A stretch of DNA of 64,000 nucleotides from Octopus vulgaris (taxonomy: Eukaryota), in the NCBI GenBank assembly GCA_951406725.2, contig OX597815.1, forward strand, positions 123,256,001 through 123,320,000, written 5' to 3'. How positions within the stretch are numbered: position 1 is the stretch's first letter; every line of letters begins with the position of its first letter. A program made the position numbers and the translations under genes. Positions 27,026 to 39,249 of this stretch are shown piece after piece. The notes below the pieces were generated by a model. The model saw nothing but the letters and a program-made list of their open reading frames with translations. It was not told the DNA's origin and made no database searches.

Positions 27026-27289
27026 ACACCAAAAGATAAAGTACAGTGTGTATATCGTTGTTCATTATGTATTATGAATTTATTGAGTATGGCCAATGAC
27101 CGAAAAGTGCCAGCTGCAGATGACTTTTTCCCTGTGCTCATTTATGTTATTATTAAGGCCAACCCCCCTTGTTTATTGTCAACCATCCAATATGTTAACA
27201 GTTTCTATGGTGAGCGTGTAACTGGAGAAGAACAATATTGGTGGATGCAGTTCTTCTCTGCAGTAAAATTCATTAAAACAATGGATTGA
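27026..27289 (+). CDS. GAPVD1: GAPVD1 terminal coding exon, VPS9 (Rab5 GEF) domain
   Basis: tttcag|ACA; TPKDKVQC...PAADDFFPVLIYVIIKANPPCLLSTIQY...GEEQYWWMQF, stop TGA 27287-27289. The 11 exons total 2525 nt and stay in frame. Confidence 0.97.
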   Translation, partial: TPKDKVQCVYRCSLCIMNLLSMANDRKVPAADDFFPVLIYVIIKANPPCLLSTIQYVNSFYGERVTGEEQYWWMQFFSAVKFIKTMD

Positions 27290-27711
27290 AGGAACCATCA
27301 AAATTTACAATGATAAAAAGTTGTAAATGACAAACTTACTAATCAATATTGTCAACATTTTTGGCTTAGTTGTTGACTAAGTGATGACATTTCTACACTG
27401 TACAACTGTGATTATATCACAGGAACTGCTACAATAATAGAACTTATTTCATCCAGTTTAGCTATTCAGATGCCATCCATCATCAGTATTGGTTTCTGTA
27501 ACAGACCTACAATACTGGCTGTATCAGTTAGTTGTAGTATTATGTCTCCTCTTCTAGCACCCGGGTTGTGTTATGCTAAATGGAAGGAGCAGACCATTAC
27601 AATAGGTATGTTGGCACCAGGAAGACATTTGGGCGAAACAGGTAGGTGTGCAATCTAAAGAAACGAAAGGGTTGTGTAAGCTATTTGCTCAATCATATAA
27701 TTGATGCATGT

Positions 27712-27717
27712 AATAAA
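27712..27717 (+). terminator. Candidate polyadenylation signal AATAAA for GAPVD1
   Basis: First canonical AATAAA seen after the GAPVD1 stop, about 420 nt downstream. Confidence 0.45.
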
Positions 27718-27783
27718 ATTTTTCAGCTAGATCATTGTCAGTTAATTTTCAGCTGTGACAGTACATTGACATTTCTTAAATTG

Positions 27784-27789
27784 TTTAAT
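27784..27789 (-). terminator. Candidate polyadenylation signal ATTAAA for DBR1
   Basis: tttaat on +. It is the only canonical-type hexamer I found on the minus strand between the two stop codons. Confidence 0.35.
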
Positions 27790-28577
27790 CATAAACAGAT
27801 TCTAGTTTCATAATAATACACTAAATATGAAGTTATTCAAATGTAGCTCTTTAAACTCTTGGAGCTATGGAGGGCATAAAATAAACATACACATAAAAAA
27901 AAACTGCTGGAATTCTTTGTAAAATAATATTTGTATAGACAGAATGTATATGATTTCCATGTGCAGTTTTGTGAATTTGCTTGTTTTTCCTGCCACCATT
28001 AAAGAACAAGTTTCTTTTTGACTTCCTTCTGGTGATCCTTCTACCTTCATGCCAAACTTGCCTCCTTCCTTTTTACATTACCCTAGTTCTACAGTTGGAT
28101 AACATATACTATATTCATTTACAGAAAAAATATTGTCAAAGGCTATTCTGTTATTAAAACTGTGAGTCATAAGAAAATAGTTGTTTTCTTTTGTTTTGTT
28201 TTTTTATATGTTGATGATGATGAGTAAATCTTCATTGCTGTTAGCCCTTCCAGATTATTGATGATGAAATGATGGTTTATCAGAAGATATTCAGTATGAG
28301 TATTTTTTTTCCCAATCAGGAATTTTCAGCAAAAACAAAATAATTTGCTAAGTTATTTACATTAAAACAATTGAGCTAATGAAGCAGACTCTACATGGCT
28401 GCTTGCCCTGTTAGAAATAACAGCCAAATTTCCCTCAAATCATACTCTACCAATTTAAGAGGACATATTGGAGAATGTAGTCTAAGGTAGATTATTGCTG
28501 AAATTAAAATGGGATGGTCACAGCTGTAATGCCTTTGATCAATGGCTGACTTGGAACTAAACAATACTAAATTGATA

Positions 28578-29109
28578 TTAAGATATACTGTCCTTTGAGT
28601 CATAATATATATTTAAATTCCTTCTTTTGAACTTTTTGTTTTCACCAGGTGAAACTAAAGATGTATTAGATCGTTTTGACGTATTTGAAGAACTTCCTGA
28701 TGAATTAATGGATTCCAATAACTCTGTTGTTTCTATAGTTGATTCATTGTTAACTTCTGCCTGTGGTATATGATCTTGTGGAGAGGTTGGGTCAGGGCTC
28801 TTTTCACTTACATTCTTTAAGTAACTGGTGTGAACATTATCTTCTTCAGAACTAGAACATTCTGAATGAACAGTATCTGTGATATTTTGCATACTAATAT
28901 TAGAGTTACTATTGAAACTACTGTCCATATTATTTAGAACTCTATTTGGGTCTGTTAAATCTAACATATCACAAAGTAAAGTTGTTTGTTCATTGATATG
29001 TATATCTGAGACATTTTCACTTTGCACAAAATTTTCTGGGATGGTAAGATCTCCACCAAAATCATCAATTATATTTTGTATATCTTCATCGGTTGCTGTG
29101 AAATCATAC
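28578..29109 (-). CDS. DBR1: DBR1 coding exon 8 (terminal, 532 nt)
   Basis: cctag|G acceptor; RYDFTATDED...DLTIPENF...NEQTTLLCDMLDL, acidic Ser-rich tail, basic KKFKRRNLNIY motif; stop TAA. Confidence 0.93.
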
Positions 29110-29257
29110 CTAGGAACCAATAGATAAAAAAGAAAAAATCTGATAAGAATATATGAAATGACCCAACATCAGCTAACAAATTTAAATGTAATTTTGCTGA
29201 ACAATGTCTATTAAATAATTCAACATTCCAATCAATGACAAGATCTAAAAGTTTTAC

Positions 29258-29394
29258 CGTTCATCAGTTCCAGGTCCAGGCATATAACAGTTGGACCTAT
29301 GCAAGTTTAGTAAATGGTTAGTTGATTTTAGAACAGCTAACCATTCAGGGTCTAGCTGTAGCTTTAAAGGTTTTCTGTGAGGAATATCTAAAAT
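29258..29394 (-). CDS. DBR1: DBR1 coding exon 7 (137 nt)
   Basis: cttcag|ATT...CG|gtaaaa; ILDIPHRKPLKLQLDPEWLAVLKSTNHLL...YMPGPG. Confidence 0.95.
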
Positions 29395-29581
29395 CTGAAG
29401 TTGAAAAGACAAAAAAAAAAAATTGATATTAATTTAATTGTAGAAAAATATTCCTGTCTTTGACACATAAATATCATAAGTTACAAGTATTTGATTTGCA
29501 GTGTTTGCTTTATGATCACAAATTCAACTAAGTAATGTCTAAAAAAAATTGTTTTTTAAAAATATTATCTAAAACAATTAC

Positions 29582-29659
29582 CTGTAAGAAATCTCTTCTC
29601 GGCAAACATTTATCAAGTGAAAGAAATTTGGTTTTTGATTTAAATTCACCACTTTCAGT
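29582..29659 (-). CDS. DBR1: DBR1 coding exon 6 (78 nt)
   Basis: ttctag|ACT...CAG|gtaatt; TKFLSLDKCLPRRDFLQ conserved DBR1 motif. Confidence 0.96.
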
Positions 29660-31224
29660 CTAGAAATTTATGAAAAAAAAAATAAGAAAACAAAACAGTA
29701 AGCAAATGTAAGTTTAGAAATAATGTGGATGAAGGGACTCTAGTGAAAGGAGACCTGGCTAAAACCTTGGACCTTACTTTGTCAGGAAAAGGCTATTTTG
29801 ATATCAGAAATGCGATCAAAGAGCTATCATCTTATGTCTGTTAAGAAATGTATGTGTTATTATAGACCAAGTTATAGTGAGCAGCATGTACACAGAAGGT
29901 TAGATTTAAGATGGTCATTTATTCTAAGTTGTAGAAAAATAGTACCAGAGATATTTGAAGAAACCCTGCACCTCCAGTGGCAGAACAGATAGAGGAATAT
30001 TCTTTTCTACTCTTGGCACAATGCCCAAAATTTTTGGGGAGGGGGCCAGTCAATTAGATCAACCCCAGATGCAACTGGTACTTAATTTATTGACCCAGAA
30101 AGGATGAAAGGCAAAGTCGACCTCAGCAGAGTGTGAACTCAGAACATAAAGACAGATGAAATACCTGGCATGCCAACAATTTTGCCAGCTCGTTGCCTTA
30201 GAGGAATATTATTGTGCAAGAGTGAGGCACTATACCATTCTTTGAGTCTATATTTACACATCAGCTGTGATGGACTGGTCATATTGTGCAAATGCTCATC
30301 ATCAGCTTCCAAAAACAATTGTCTATGCAGGAAAACATATGAAGAGGACAAAGGAAGTGGTATCTAGATGTACTGAAAAGAAATTCAAACAGGAATCAAT
30401 GTGTACAAGTTTGAGTCTTTTGGTAAATAACTGACACAAGTGGAAACAGGGAGATTAGTTTCAGCCTTTCAGGGTCATAAAAAAAAAGAAAAAAAATCTA
30501 GGGTAGTGGAATGGCAAAAATGTTAGAGTTTAAAAGGTTAGAACTGATAATCACTAAGCTTCCCTTCTGGCTATCAAACAGCAAAACCTGCAGCAACACT
30601 GGTGACAAGCTGTATTGGGCCTAAAGCGTCAGCCTTTGAGGATTTTTTTTTTCAATTATCTCACAGTAACATCATAGTATCTTAAACATCAAGAATTTGC
30701 CTTAAAATTTTCACTTTGTAAACAGAGTGTTCATATGTCTGATTTTACATCCATCTTTCCATGTTAACACAGGCTTACACAAAAATATATTACTGAGGGC
30801 CCTTCCTGCCATTAATTTTTAAAATCTTTTTAAGGAAGGGATGTCTTATTTTACATGTCTTTGGAGGTGTGAAGTGAGCAAACAATTTGTTGAAAGAAGT
30901 GACACCAGCAATACTGCTCGGAGTTTACCTAGAGCACAAATGTAAACAAACACAGGTTCATGTGTGTGTTATATGCATATGACTGGCTTCCTTCGGTTTC
31001 CATCTACTATAGCCCTAAATTAAGTAAAGTCCAAGGTGCCATGCACTGGGATTGAAACCAACCCACAGCTAAGCTTGCCTCTATTATGATTGAGAAATTA
31101 TTCATCTTTTGAATCTGTAAAAATATGATGATATAATGGAAAGTGTATCAGTGTAAGTTTCAATAAAAAAGAAAATGTTTGACTTCACCTTAATTCATAT
31201 GTATCTAATACTATTATAAGGTAC

Positions 31225-31375
31225 AGGCATGAACTATGCAGTTGAGAAGTTTACATATTTTCAGGTTCAGTCTTATTGTGGTACTTTGAGCAAGTGTTTT
31301 CTACTCTAGCCTTGGGTTGACTAAAGCCTGGTGAGTGGATCTAGCAGACAGAAACTGGAAGAAGCCTGTAGTATA
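31225..31375 (+). mobile_element. SINE family B representative
   Basis: GGTTCAGTCCCA..CCTTGGGCAAGTGTCTTCTACTATAGCC..GAAACTGAAAGAAGCCC type consensus. Copies at about 14887-14990(+), 15390-15475(-), 33690-33845(-), 35140-35290(-), 37298-37465(+) and 59300-59455(+). Confidence 0.75.
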
Positions 31376-31966
31376 TATATATATATGATGGACTCTCCTG
31401 CCAAAGATGACATATGAGCGTTCAACTTTTACTGAATGGCCTACACAAATGATTTGTTTATAGTGATCAAATGTATGTGCTTTACATTAGCTCATTCCTT
31501 CTGTCAAATCAACATTACCTGAACAGGTGCACAGTGTACCACATATCAAGTGTTGAAGTGATTGCAGAGCAAAACGAGATGAAGTGTTTTTCTCAAGAAT
31601 GCACCACCCAGTCTAGAAATTGAAACTAAGATTTCGTTGTCATGAGTGCAACACCCTAACAACTAGGCCATGTGTCCACACTATATTGACATGAGTATGT
31701 ATCTCCTTATCTTGATATGATGTGACAGTTGTGAGTATCAGTGTTGAGCAAGCAGTGCCCTTCATTTCCAATTCTCTGTAAAAACATCTGGCCATCGGAA
31801 AATATTACTTTACTTGGAAAAGGTGATTACTGACAGGAAGGGCATCCCGGCATGGAAAATTTTTCTCAACAAATTCCCTCTGGCCCATGCAAACATAAAA
31901 AAGGGGACGTTTAGATGTTGAGATCTATTGTTTGAAGAGTTTAATAATTATTTAAAACATATTTAC

Positions 31967-32191
31967 CCTATGAGGCACAATAGCAGAAAATTTTACATGT
32001 AGATGGGCAGAAAACCAGTATGTTGGTTGAAGGATGTGAAGAAGTTCCTCAGCAGGTGGACTACCTAATGTGTTAGTCTCAATGTCATTTTCCAGAAATT
32101 TCTTCTTTCGAAGGAGATCTCTGAGATCCCCATATTTATGAATTCCACGTGGCCAGTCATGTGATAACATTATATCAACATGCCGCTTGAT
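31967..32191 (-). CDS. DBR1: DBR1 coding exon 5 (225 nt)
   Basis: ttacag|ATC...AGG|gtaaat; metallophosphoesterase motifs LSHDWP and [10 protein letters not shown]. Confidence 0.97.
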
Positions 32192-32373
32192 CTGTAAATA
32201 GATACAATTACATAAATTGTTTAGTGACAGCTTTCTATAATGAAATGTTAAAAAGAAAATTTAAACAAAGCAGCAGTTTAAAACATTTTAGTCCTGGCAT
32301 TTTTTTTTCTTTTGAAAGATATAGGAATAAATTTAAAAGCTATCTTAATGATCATTCTCTATCTTACAATTAC

Positions 32374-32459
32374 CTGTTTCATTCGGAAAAATTCTAAGTT
32401 CCGAACATGGTAGACAGATCGTTTTGTCTCTTCTGTGTAAGGTGGATGTTCATAATGGC
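32374..32459 (-). CDS. DBR1: DBR1 coding exon 4 (86 nt)
   Basis: ttgtag|GC...CAG|gtaatt; GHYEHPPYTEETKRSVYHVRNLEFFRMKQ (lariat recognition loop region). Confidence 0.97.
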
Positions 32460-33443
32460 CTACAATATGAGAATGACAAAATTCATTTATTTTGATCACA
32501 AAATAATATATTTAAAACACAATTATTATGCAATCGTTATATGCATCGCTTTAATATTGAAAAATGTAAAGATCTGCTAGAAATAAAAATTGTGGATCTC
32601 AAATAAATTTAAAGTTTCGGATTCTAACTTTTTTGAGTCAAGATATTAAACTATTGCAATTCATACCATCCTGTTGCCTTCTTATTATGAATCTTTTCTG
32701 TTGTTATCTACTGACATCTTTCAATGTTTCTTAAAAATTCAGCCCTTGCATTAGATTCAAAATGTACAGTAAAGAGATTATGAAATATACTTAGCAACTC
32801 AATACACTCTTACATTATTTGATTCTACTAGCAGCAACCAAACTGCCACTGCTGTAGCATTTGCTAACTTAAATGTTTTATTAACTAATAACTTTTTGAA
32901 AAAAATCTGTGATGAAATTCCTCCAAAAGCAGAGTAATCAATTTTCACCATTGTAAGGCCAAATGGAAGTAACAAAATCTGAATATTTTTGTTTTTATAT
33001 CTAATGCTTCACCTTTCAAGGACAGAAATAGTTTAGTTTAGTTCAGCATTTGAAGAAGATTGGATTAGAACAATCCAAAATGGCAGAGATACAAGACATC
33101 TTGGAAAGATGAAAGTCTCCTCAACAGGGAAAACACAGTAAAGAAGATGACAATAGTTAGAAATGTTTGGGAGAGAACCCACAGATAATATCAGAAGGAT
33201 GAGAAACAGAGATTTTCAAAACAAACTGAAGTCTTAAAGATATAGTAGATTATAAATAGTCACAGAAACCATTTTGTGCAAAGAGTACAACATTAAATGA
33301 TGATGATGATGAGTATAATTAAGACACAGAATATGAGGTTTACTAGTTAACAGGTGAGGGATTAAGTCAGATAGGGAAGGAAAAAAATTCCTTGCATGTT
33401 TTCATATTAATGTTGGAAAATTATTATATCAATGTAGTTTTAC

Positions 33444-33524
33444 CTCTATAAAAATCTTGCCCTTTATAAATCCCTGATAATCCACCAATACGGACACCAC
33501 CAAACTGAACAATAGAAGCATAAC
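33444..33524 (-). CDS. DBR1: DBR1 coding exon 3 (81 nt)
   Basis: ttatag|GT...AGAG|gtaaaa; GYASIVQFGGVRIGGLSGIYKGQDFYR. Confidence 0.97.
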
Positions 33525-34227
33525 CTATAACAGAAAACAAAACCACTGCATGACAAATTAAGTTATCTTTACACTCTTCAGCCATTTTATCTAGTTCAGT
33601 ATTGTCAAACAGTTACTGAATATTTAAGTAAAAAAATTACCCTAAAATATAATCATATGAAGCCCAGACAAAGAGACATGAGAACTTTCACACACACGAT
33701 GGACTTAGTTCGCACTTACCAAATTCATTCACAAGGCTTTGGTTAGCTCAAGGCTGTTGTAGAAAACACTTACCGAAGGTGCTGCACAGTGGGACTGAAC
33801 CTGTGACCATGTGGTTGGGAGGTGAACTTCACCCACATGGCTATACTTTTTCATTTTAGTGAACAATTCCTAGCTATGACTTTCTGGTGGAAAGTATAGA
33901 GAGTAATTGCCAAGAGACTATGTGTAGTTAGAATCATGTAGAAGCTATTGTGGCTAAAGTGGTAATTTTTCATTCACAGAGCATATTAAGTTATAAATCT
34001 TTTTTGAATTTGTTACTCCATCTTGAATGTGCCCATGCATACACACAGAAGTATTATGTTATGTAGACTAACACTTCAACTTATATGATTCATTACTGCA
34101 TGTCCTGACCTGGCACTACACAACACCGTAAACAAATTGAGAGTTGAAAAAACAAATTTGATATCAAAATATAAACAACAACTGGTAATATTTCTTTAGT
34201 AATGACATGACTGAATCATTAACTTAC

Positions 34228-34352
34228 CAAGATAATAAATATTTGGAGCCAACCAGCCACCATAAGGTAATTCTTGCATGTAATTGGAGGCTTCATGATT
34301 CCCTCCAATGATAATTGTGAGAACTGGAGTAACTTTTTCCCCATTATAATAC
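34228..34352 (-). CDS. DBR1: DBR1 coding exon 2 (125 nt)
   Basis: ctctag|G...TTG|gtaagt; [41 protein letters not shown] with the GNHE catalytic motif. Confidence 0.98.
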
Positions 34353-34674
34353 CTAGAGAAAGAGTATTAACATCAATAACTCACAATCCAAAATGGCTAA
34401 CTGCTTTTAAATTGAAGACTAGGAAGTAAAACTTGATGCAAATTTAAAGAAATGTATTTCTAATGATGTACTCAATATAATAATTGTAGAAAGTAAGTAA
34501 AATTATTGGAAAATATTTCTCAACGTTTTTTTTAGTTGCAATTAAAAAAAAACCATACCTGTTCTTTAATATGATATACTTATTAACTTAAGAGTGCTTA
34601 TATTCAAAGTAAATTTTTATGTCCTCAGTAAAATCTAATGATTAGTATTTTAAAACAACAAAATAAATACATAC

Positions 34675-34871
34675 TTATAAAATGAATTCATTTTTTGAAA
34701 TTTCTTTGGTACAGCCATACATTTCATATCACTTTCATATCTGACAGCTTGAAAATCACCACAAATTAAGAGTAGATCAACCTTGGTGTTTTCTTTCTTT
34801 TCAATATACTGAATAGTTTCATAAATTTTGTCCAGCTCTCCATGAGCACAACCCTCAACAGCAATCTTCAT
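34675..34871 (-). CDS. DBR1: DBR1 (RNA lariat debranching enzyme) coding exon 1 (197 nt)
   Basis: [17 protein letters not shown]...LLICGDFQ (Cys8/His10/Asp39 metal ligands); AA|gtatgt donor. A tttcag acceptor 18 nt above the ATG implies an upstream non-coding exon. Eight exons total 1461 nt = 486 aa. Confidence 0.98.
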
Positions 34872-36229
34872 TTCTATGTTAGACCAAAACTGAAATAGAA
34901 AAAGAAAAGATCATGTTATATTCATAACAACTTTTATTTGTTTCAGTCATTAGACTGTGGCCATGCTGGAGCACTACCTTGAAGAATTTTAGTTGAGTGA
35001 ATTGACTTGGTTATTTTAATTTGCTGTACTGCTAAATTATAGGCACAAAAACACACCAAAAATGGTTGTCAAGCGATGGGGAGGGGGAACAAACACAGAC
35101 ATGAAAACATACATATATATATTTATATGTATGTACACAATAGGCTTCTTTCAGTTTCTGGCTATCATCAAATCCACTCACAAGGCTTTGGTCAACCCAA
35201 GGCTATAGTAGAAGACACTTGCCCAAGGTACCATGCATTGGGATTGAACCTGGAACCATGTAGTTGCGAAGCAAGTTTCTTACCACAGAAAATATTTAAC
35301 TCAGAAATTTTTGTTTCATTTCTTTGAGAGGATACATTCAAATAGTTTTGTTTTTGCTTGCACCAGTGACGTAGGCAGAAAGCTAACAGAGCACTCAGAC
35401 CTGAGTCTTTTGGATACAGATATAGTTTAAGATGGATGGCAGAAGAACTATCATCTAACTCCACAATAATTGTGTGAAAAATTCGTGTCATGTGTTGATA
35501 AGAAAGAGAGAAAACTAAGGTTGAATTTTCCTTGAGACTGATTTAATTTTGAATAAAATAATAAAAAGCTAAGAAACCAGAAGGTGCATGGTCTAGTGAT
35601 TAGGGTGTTGGCACTCATGATTGTGAGATCATAGTTTTGGCTGCCAGACCAGCTGTGTATTGTGTTCTTAAGCAAAACACTTCATTTCATCTTGCTTCAG
35701 TCCACTCAGCTGATAGAGTGGTGTACAAAGGTGAGATGGTGACTCAAGAAAATCACCTGAATGGCAGTCTTGTGAGCCGTGCTTTTATTAATCTCTGATT
35801 AAAAGGGTGAATAGTACAACCTGTACTATATATATTGATAAAAATGGTAAGACAACAAAAGAATGAAAGAGACCTCGATATTATGTAAATAGAGGAATTT
35901 ATCTGTAAATGTAATATGTGACAATTATTCGGTAGCCATGATAAATCTATGCCATCATCTCTTCAGTTATCTGGCCATTGGAAAAATGCTATGAAAAATG
36001 ACCATTATACAAAGGGAAATTACTGTGTGATTGACTGTTATTAAGACAAAAGAGCTATTTGAATGACTGCTGAGGGGAGGGAGTAAAAGTAACGGGGTAA
36101 AAAAGTTCATACTATTAGTTAAAATTATAATTGTAACTAATTATTACCTTTGAAGGTTTTTATTCCCATGCTGGCCACCTGAGAAGATTAGTATTTAAAT
36201 ATCGATTTTATCCTTATTTATATAAAGTG

Positions 36230-36956
36230 CCACACCCTAGCGGTTGAGGGAACCTGTGGAAGAGATAGACCCAGGAAGACCTGGGATGAGGTGGTGAAGC
36301 ATGACCTTTGAACATTGGGCCTCACTGAGGCAATGACTGGTGACCGGGACCTTTGAAAATATGCTGTGCTTGAGAAGACTCAGCAAACCAAGTGAGACCA
36401 TAACCTTGTGGCCTATGCCAGGGGTGTAACCAGCCCACTTATGAGTGCCTTTCCTTCATTGGACACTAAACTCTGCTTGCGAAGACCTGTTGAGGCAATC
36501 GAAATCAAATTCGATGACAGGCATCCATGCTTGTGAAACGCTAAGAGTACCATCCGAGTGTGATCGTTGCCAGAGCAACGAACTGGCTTCCGTGCCGGTG
36601 GCATGTAAAAAGCACCATTCGAGTGTGATCGTTACCTGCGTTGACTTACTGGCACGTGAAAAAACATTCAAGCGAGGTCATTGCCAGTGCCGCTGGACTG
36701 GCTCCTGTGCAGGTGGCACATAAAAAGCACCATTTGAGCATGGCTGTTGCTAGTACCGTCTTACTGGCCCTCGTGCCGGTGGCACATAAAAGCACCCACT
36801 ACACTCTTGGAGTGGTTGGCATTAAGAAGGGCATCCAGCTGCAGAAACTCTGCTAGATCAGATTGGAGCTTGGTGCAGCCATCTGGTTCGCCAAACCTAA
36901 GTCAAATCATCCAACCCATGCCAACATGGAAAGCGGACATTAAACGATGATGATGA
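36230..36956 (+). mobile_element. RTE-type LINE 3' end with structured 3' UTR and (GAT)n tail
   Basis: Translates to LAVEGTCGRxRPRKTWDEVVKHDL (RTE C-terminal GRPRKTW motif), then tandem subrepeats and an AAACGATGATGATGAT tail. Confidence 0.85.
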
Positions 36957-39249
36957 TATATATATACACACATTATACATATATATAAAAAATACAAAAT
37001 GGGACAAGAACGCAAAACATCCGGACAGCTAGGTGATACAAAGAGGGACAACAAAACACCCAGATGGACGATACAAAGAAAACAAGGACGGGTCATTTGA
37101 ACTTATCTTTCCTCAGTCAAGCAATAGATTATCCTGTGGTTGTTGCTCCTGTTGCCTTCCCTAAGATAAAAAAGTGTATACAGCTCATTGGAGCACTTCT
37201 ATTTCCAGTCCATTGTATATCTTGAGTGTTGTTGTCACTCAAGATATAACTTTATATTTTGTAATGAGTCTGTGTATATATATATATATATATATATAGG
37301 TGCAAGTATAGGTGTGTGGTTAAAAAGTCCACTTCACAATCATATGGTTTCAAGTTCAGTCCCATTACATAGCATCATGATTAAGTGTCTGATTGTCTAC
37401 CCCCAGGCCAACTAACATCTTGTAAGATAATTCAGTAGACAGAAACTGTACGAAGCCCATTGCATGTGTGTAAGTGCACACACAAATATGCATCAATAAA
37501 TGTTCTATGCTTTATACTGCTTTAATGAAACAATGTTGATGTTGGATTCTTTGTTGGCATCAAGAGTAGTCACTCTGCTTTCAAAGACCTATGCAATACA
37601 GATACTCTTTACTTGAAAAACAAGTATGGATTGCCAACAGGAAGACCATCCAACCATAAGATTCTGCATTAAATCTCCATCCAAAACCATGCTAGCATGA
37701 AAAAATGGATGCTAATCAAATGAATATGTGTGGATGTGTGTTCATGTCTATGTTTAAGGTCTTGTAAAAAACAAATTTAAGTTGAAATTTAATAACTTCT
37801 AGGAAGAACAAATGAAGCTAATTAAGAAAAATAAAGAGACTGCAAAACATCACTATCCCAGCTTAGTCAATGAAGAAAAGGTAGAACATAGGACCCTTTA
37901 TTTTTCAGAGCCCCTGAAACTGGTGGGAGAAAAGGAGGAAGATATTCTTAAATCAGGCCCAAATGTTTGCATCTGACTGAACTCTTAATAATGATACTGC
38001 ATGATCAGATGGTGGTGTTAAACTGGGCAATGGATCAAGTCTATAAACCAAAATCTCAGAACGCAAAGGGCTCAAACAAACACCACAAGACATCTTGTTC
38101 TATGATCTAACAATTCTGTTAATTCCCACAACTTCAGATTGGTTTTATTTTACCAATTCTGAAAGGATGAAATGTAAATTTGACTTTGGTGAGATTTGAA
38201 ATTTCCCTAAAAAGCTGAAGCAAATGATTCACATGGTGAAAGATGAAACATGTTACCTAAAAAATACCAACAACCTTCAACAGAACAAGCTACATTTATT
38301 CAAAATATATTTTGAATAAACTAGCCGCCTTACTTCAATACTGATTAACCCGTCATCAGCATATGACAATCAGTACAGACATAAGAGATATCTTCAGATG
38401 AATGCCACAGTTAATTTGGCCTATTGTCATATATTTGCATTCACTATGATGCACTGATGGCTATTTTATAGTGTACATGAAGGGGAATTTTAAAAAATCA
38501 TTGAATGTAATTTGGGAAGGAATAATCAGACTAATAAGTAGAATTAGCAAATAACTATACTAATTATATGAGAGAAGCTACACAAATAAGACTAATAACT
38601 TATGAGACAATGTATTACTTTTGTGTATATATATATATATATATATTTGTTTTGTAAAAATTACTACAAAATAAACACTGTGTGAACATGACAGTTTTCA
38701 GAAAAGCATTTCTAATTCACAAAACAAAATGAGATGGTAAAACAGGTGATGCAAGGGAAAATATGTGCTGATGTGTGGTTTATCAGGTTAATTAAATTCA
38801 TATATGGAGCTTATTTAAGACAGAATAAATAGGATTTAGGACACTAATTTCTGTTTTTTCTTACTTGTATTTTTGTATTGTAATTCCTAACGACAGAATT
38901 CAAGACAATTCTCATAGTAGTTTCTGTGAACAGTAAACTGGTTCTAACTGCAAAATGATAGCTAAGTGTATTAGTTCATTAGAATTTATGGCATAGTAAA
39001 TCAACAAATTTACTGAGGACTTTATTCTATCTTTTCTAGGCAGTATGAGGCAGATCAAACTTACTCGGGTTTATAACATGTTGGATCATATATTTAGAGG
39101 ACGTACATAACCTTTGTAGAGGGATTTTGCCACACTCCACATTATCTCAGGCTTGTAAAAAAATAAAAATAACAGTAAAAATTTGAAGCCAAGTAGAGCA
39201 AGGTCAATGACTGTATGACTAAACAGTTACCATTTCCACATCATGTAAG

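Noticed and set aside
8485-34871. Functional link between DBR1 (host factor for yeast Ty retrotransposition) and the nearby gypsy element
   Set aside because: The element is dead and sits in the neighbouring gene's intron; proximity is expected by chance at this TE density.
35840-35975. Possible hammerhead ribozymes in Penelope-like termini (also about 37090-37120, 45560-45595 and 4919-4940)
   Set aside because: CTGANGA-like halves are present, but none has an intact stem II plus GAAA and cleavage triplet.
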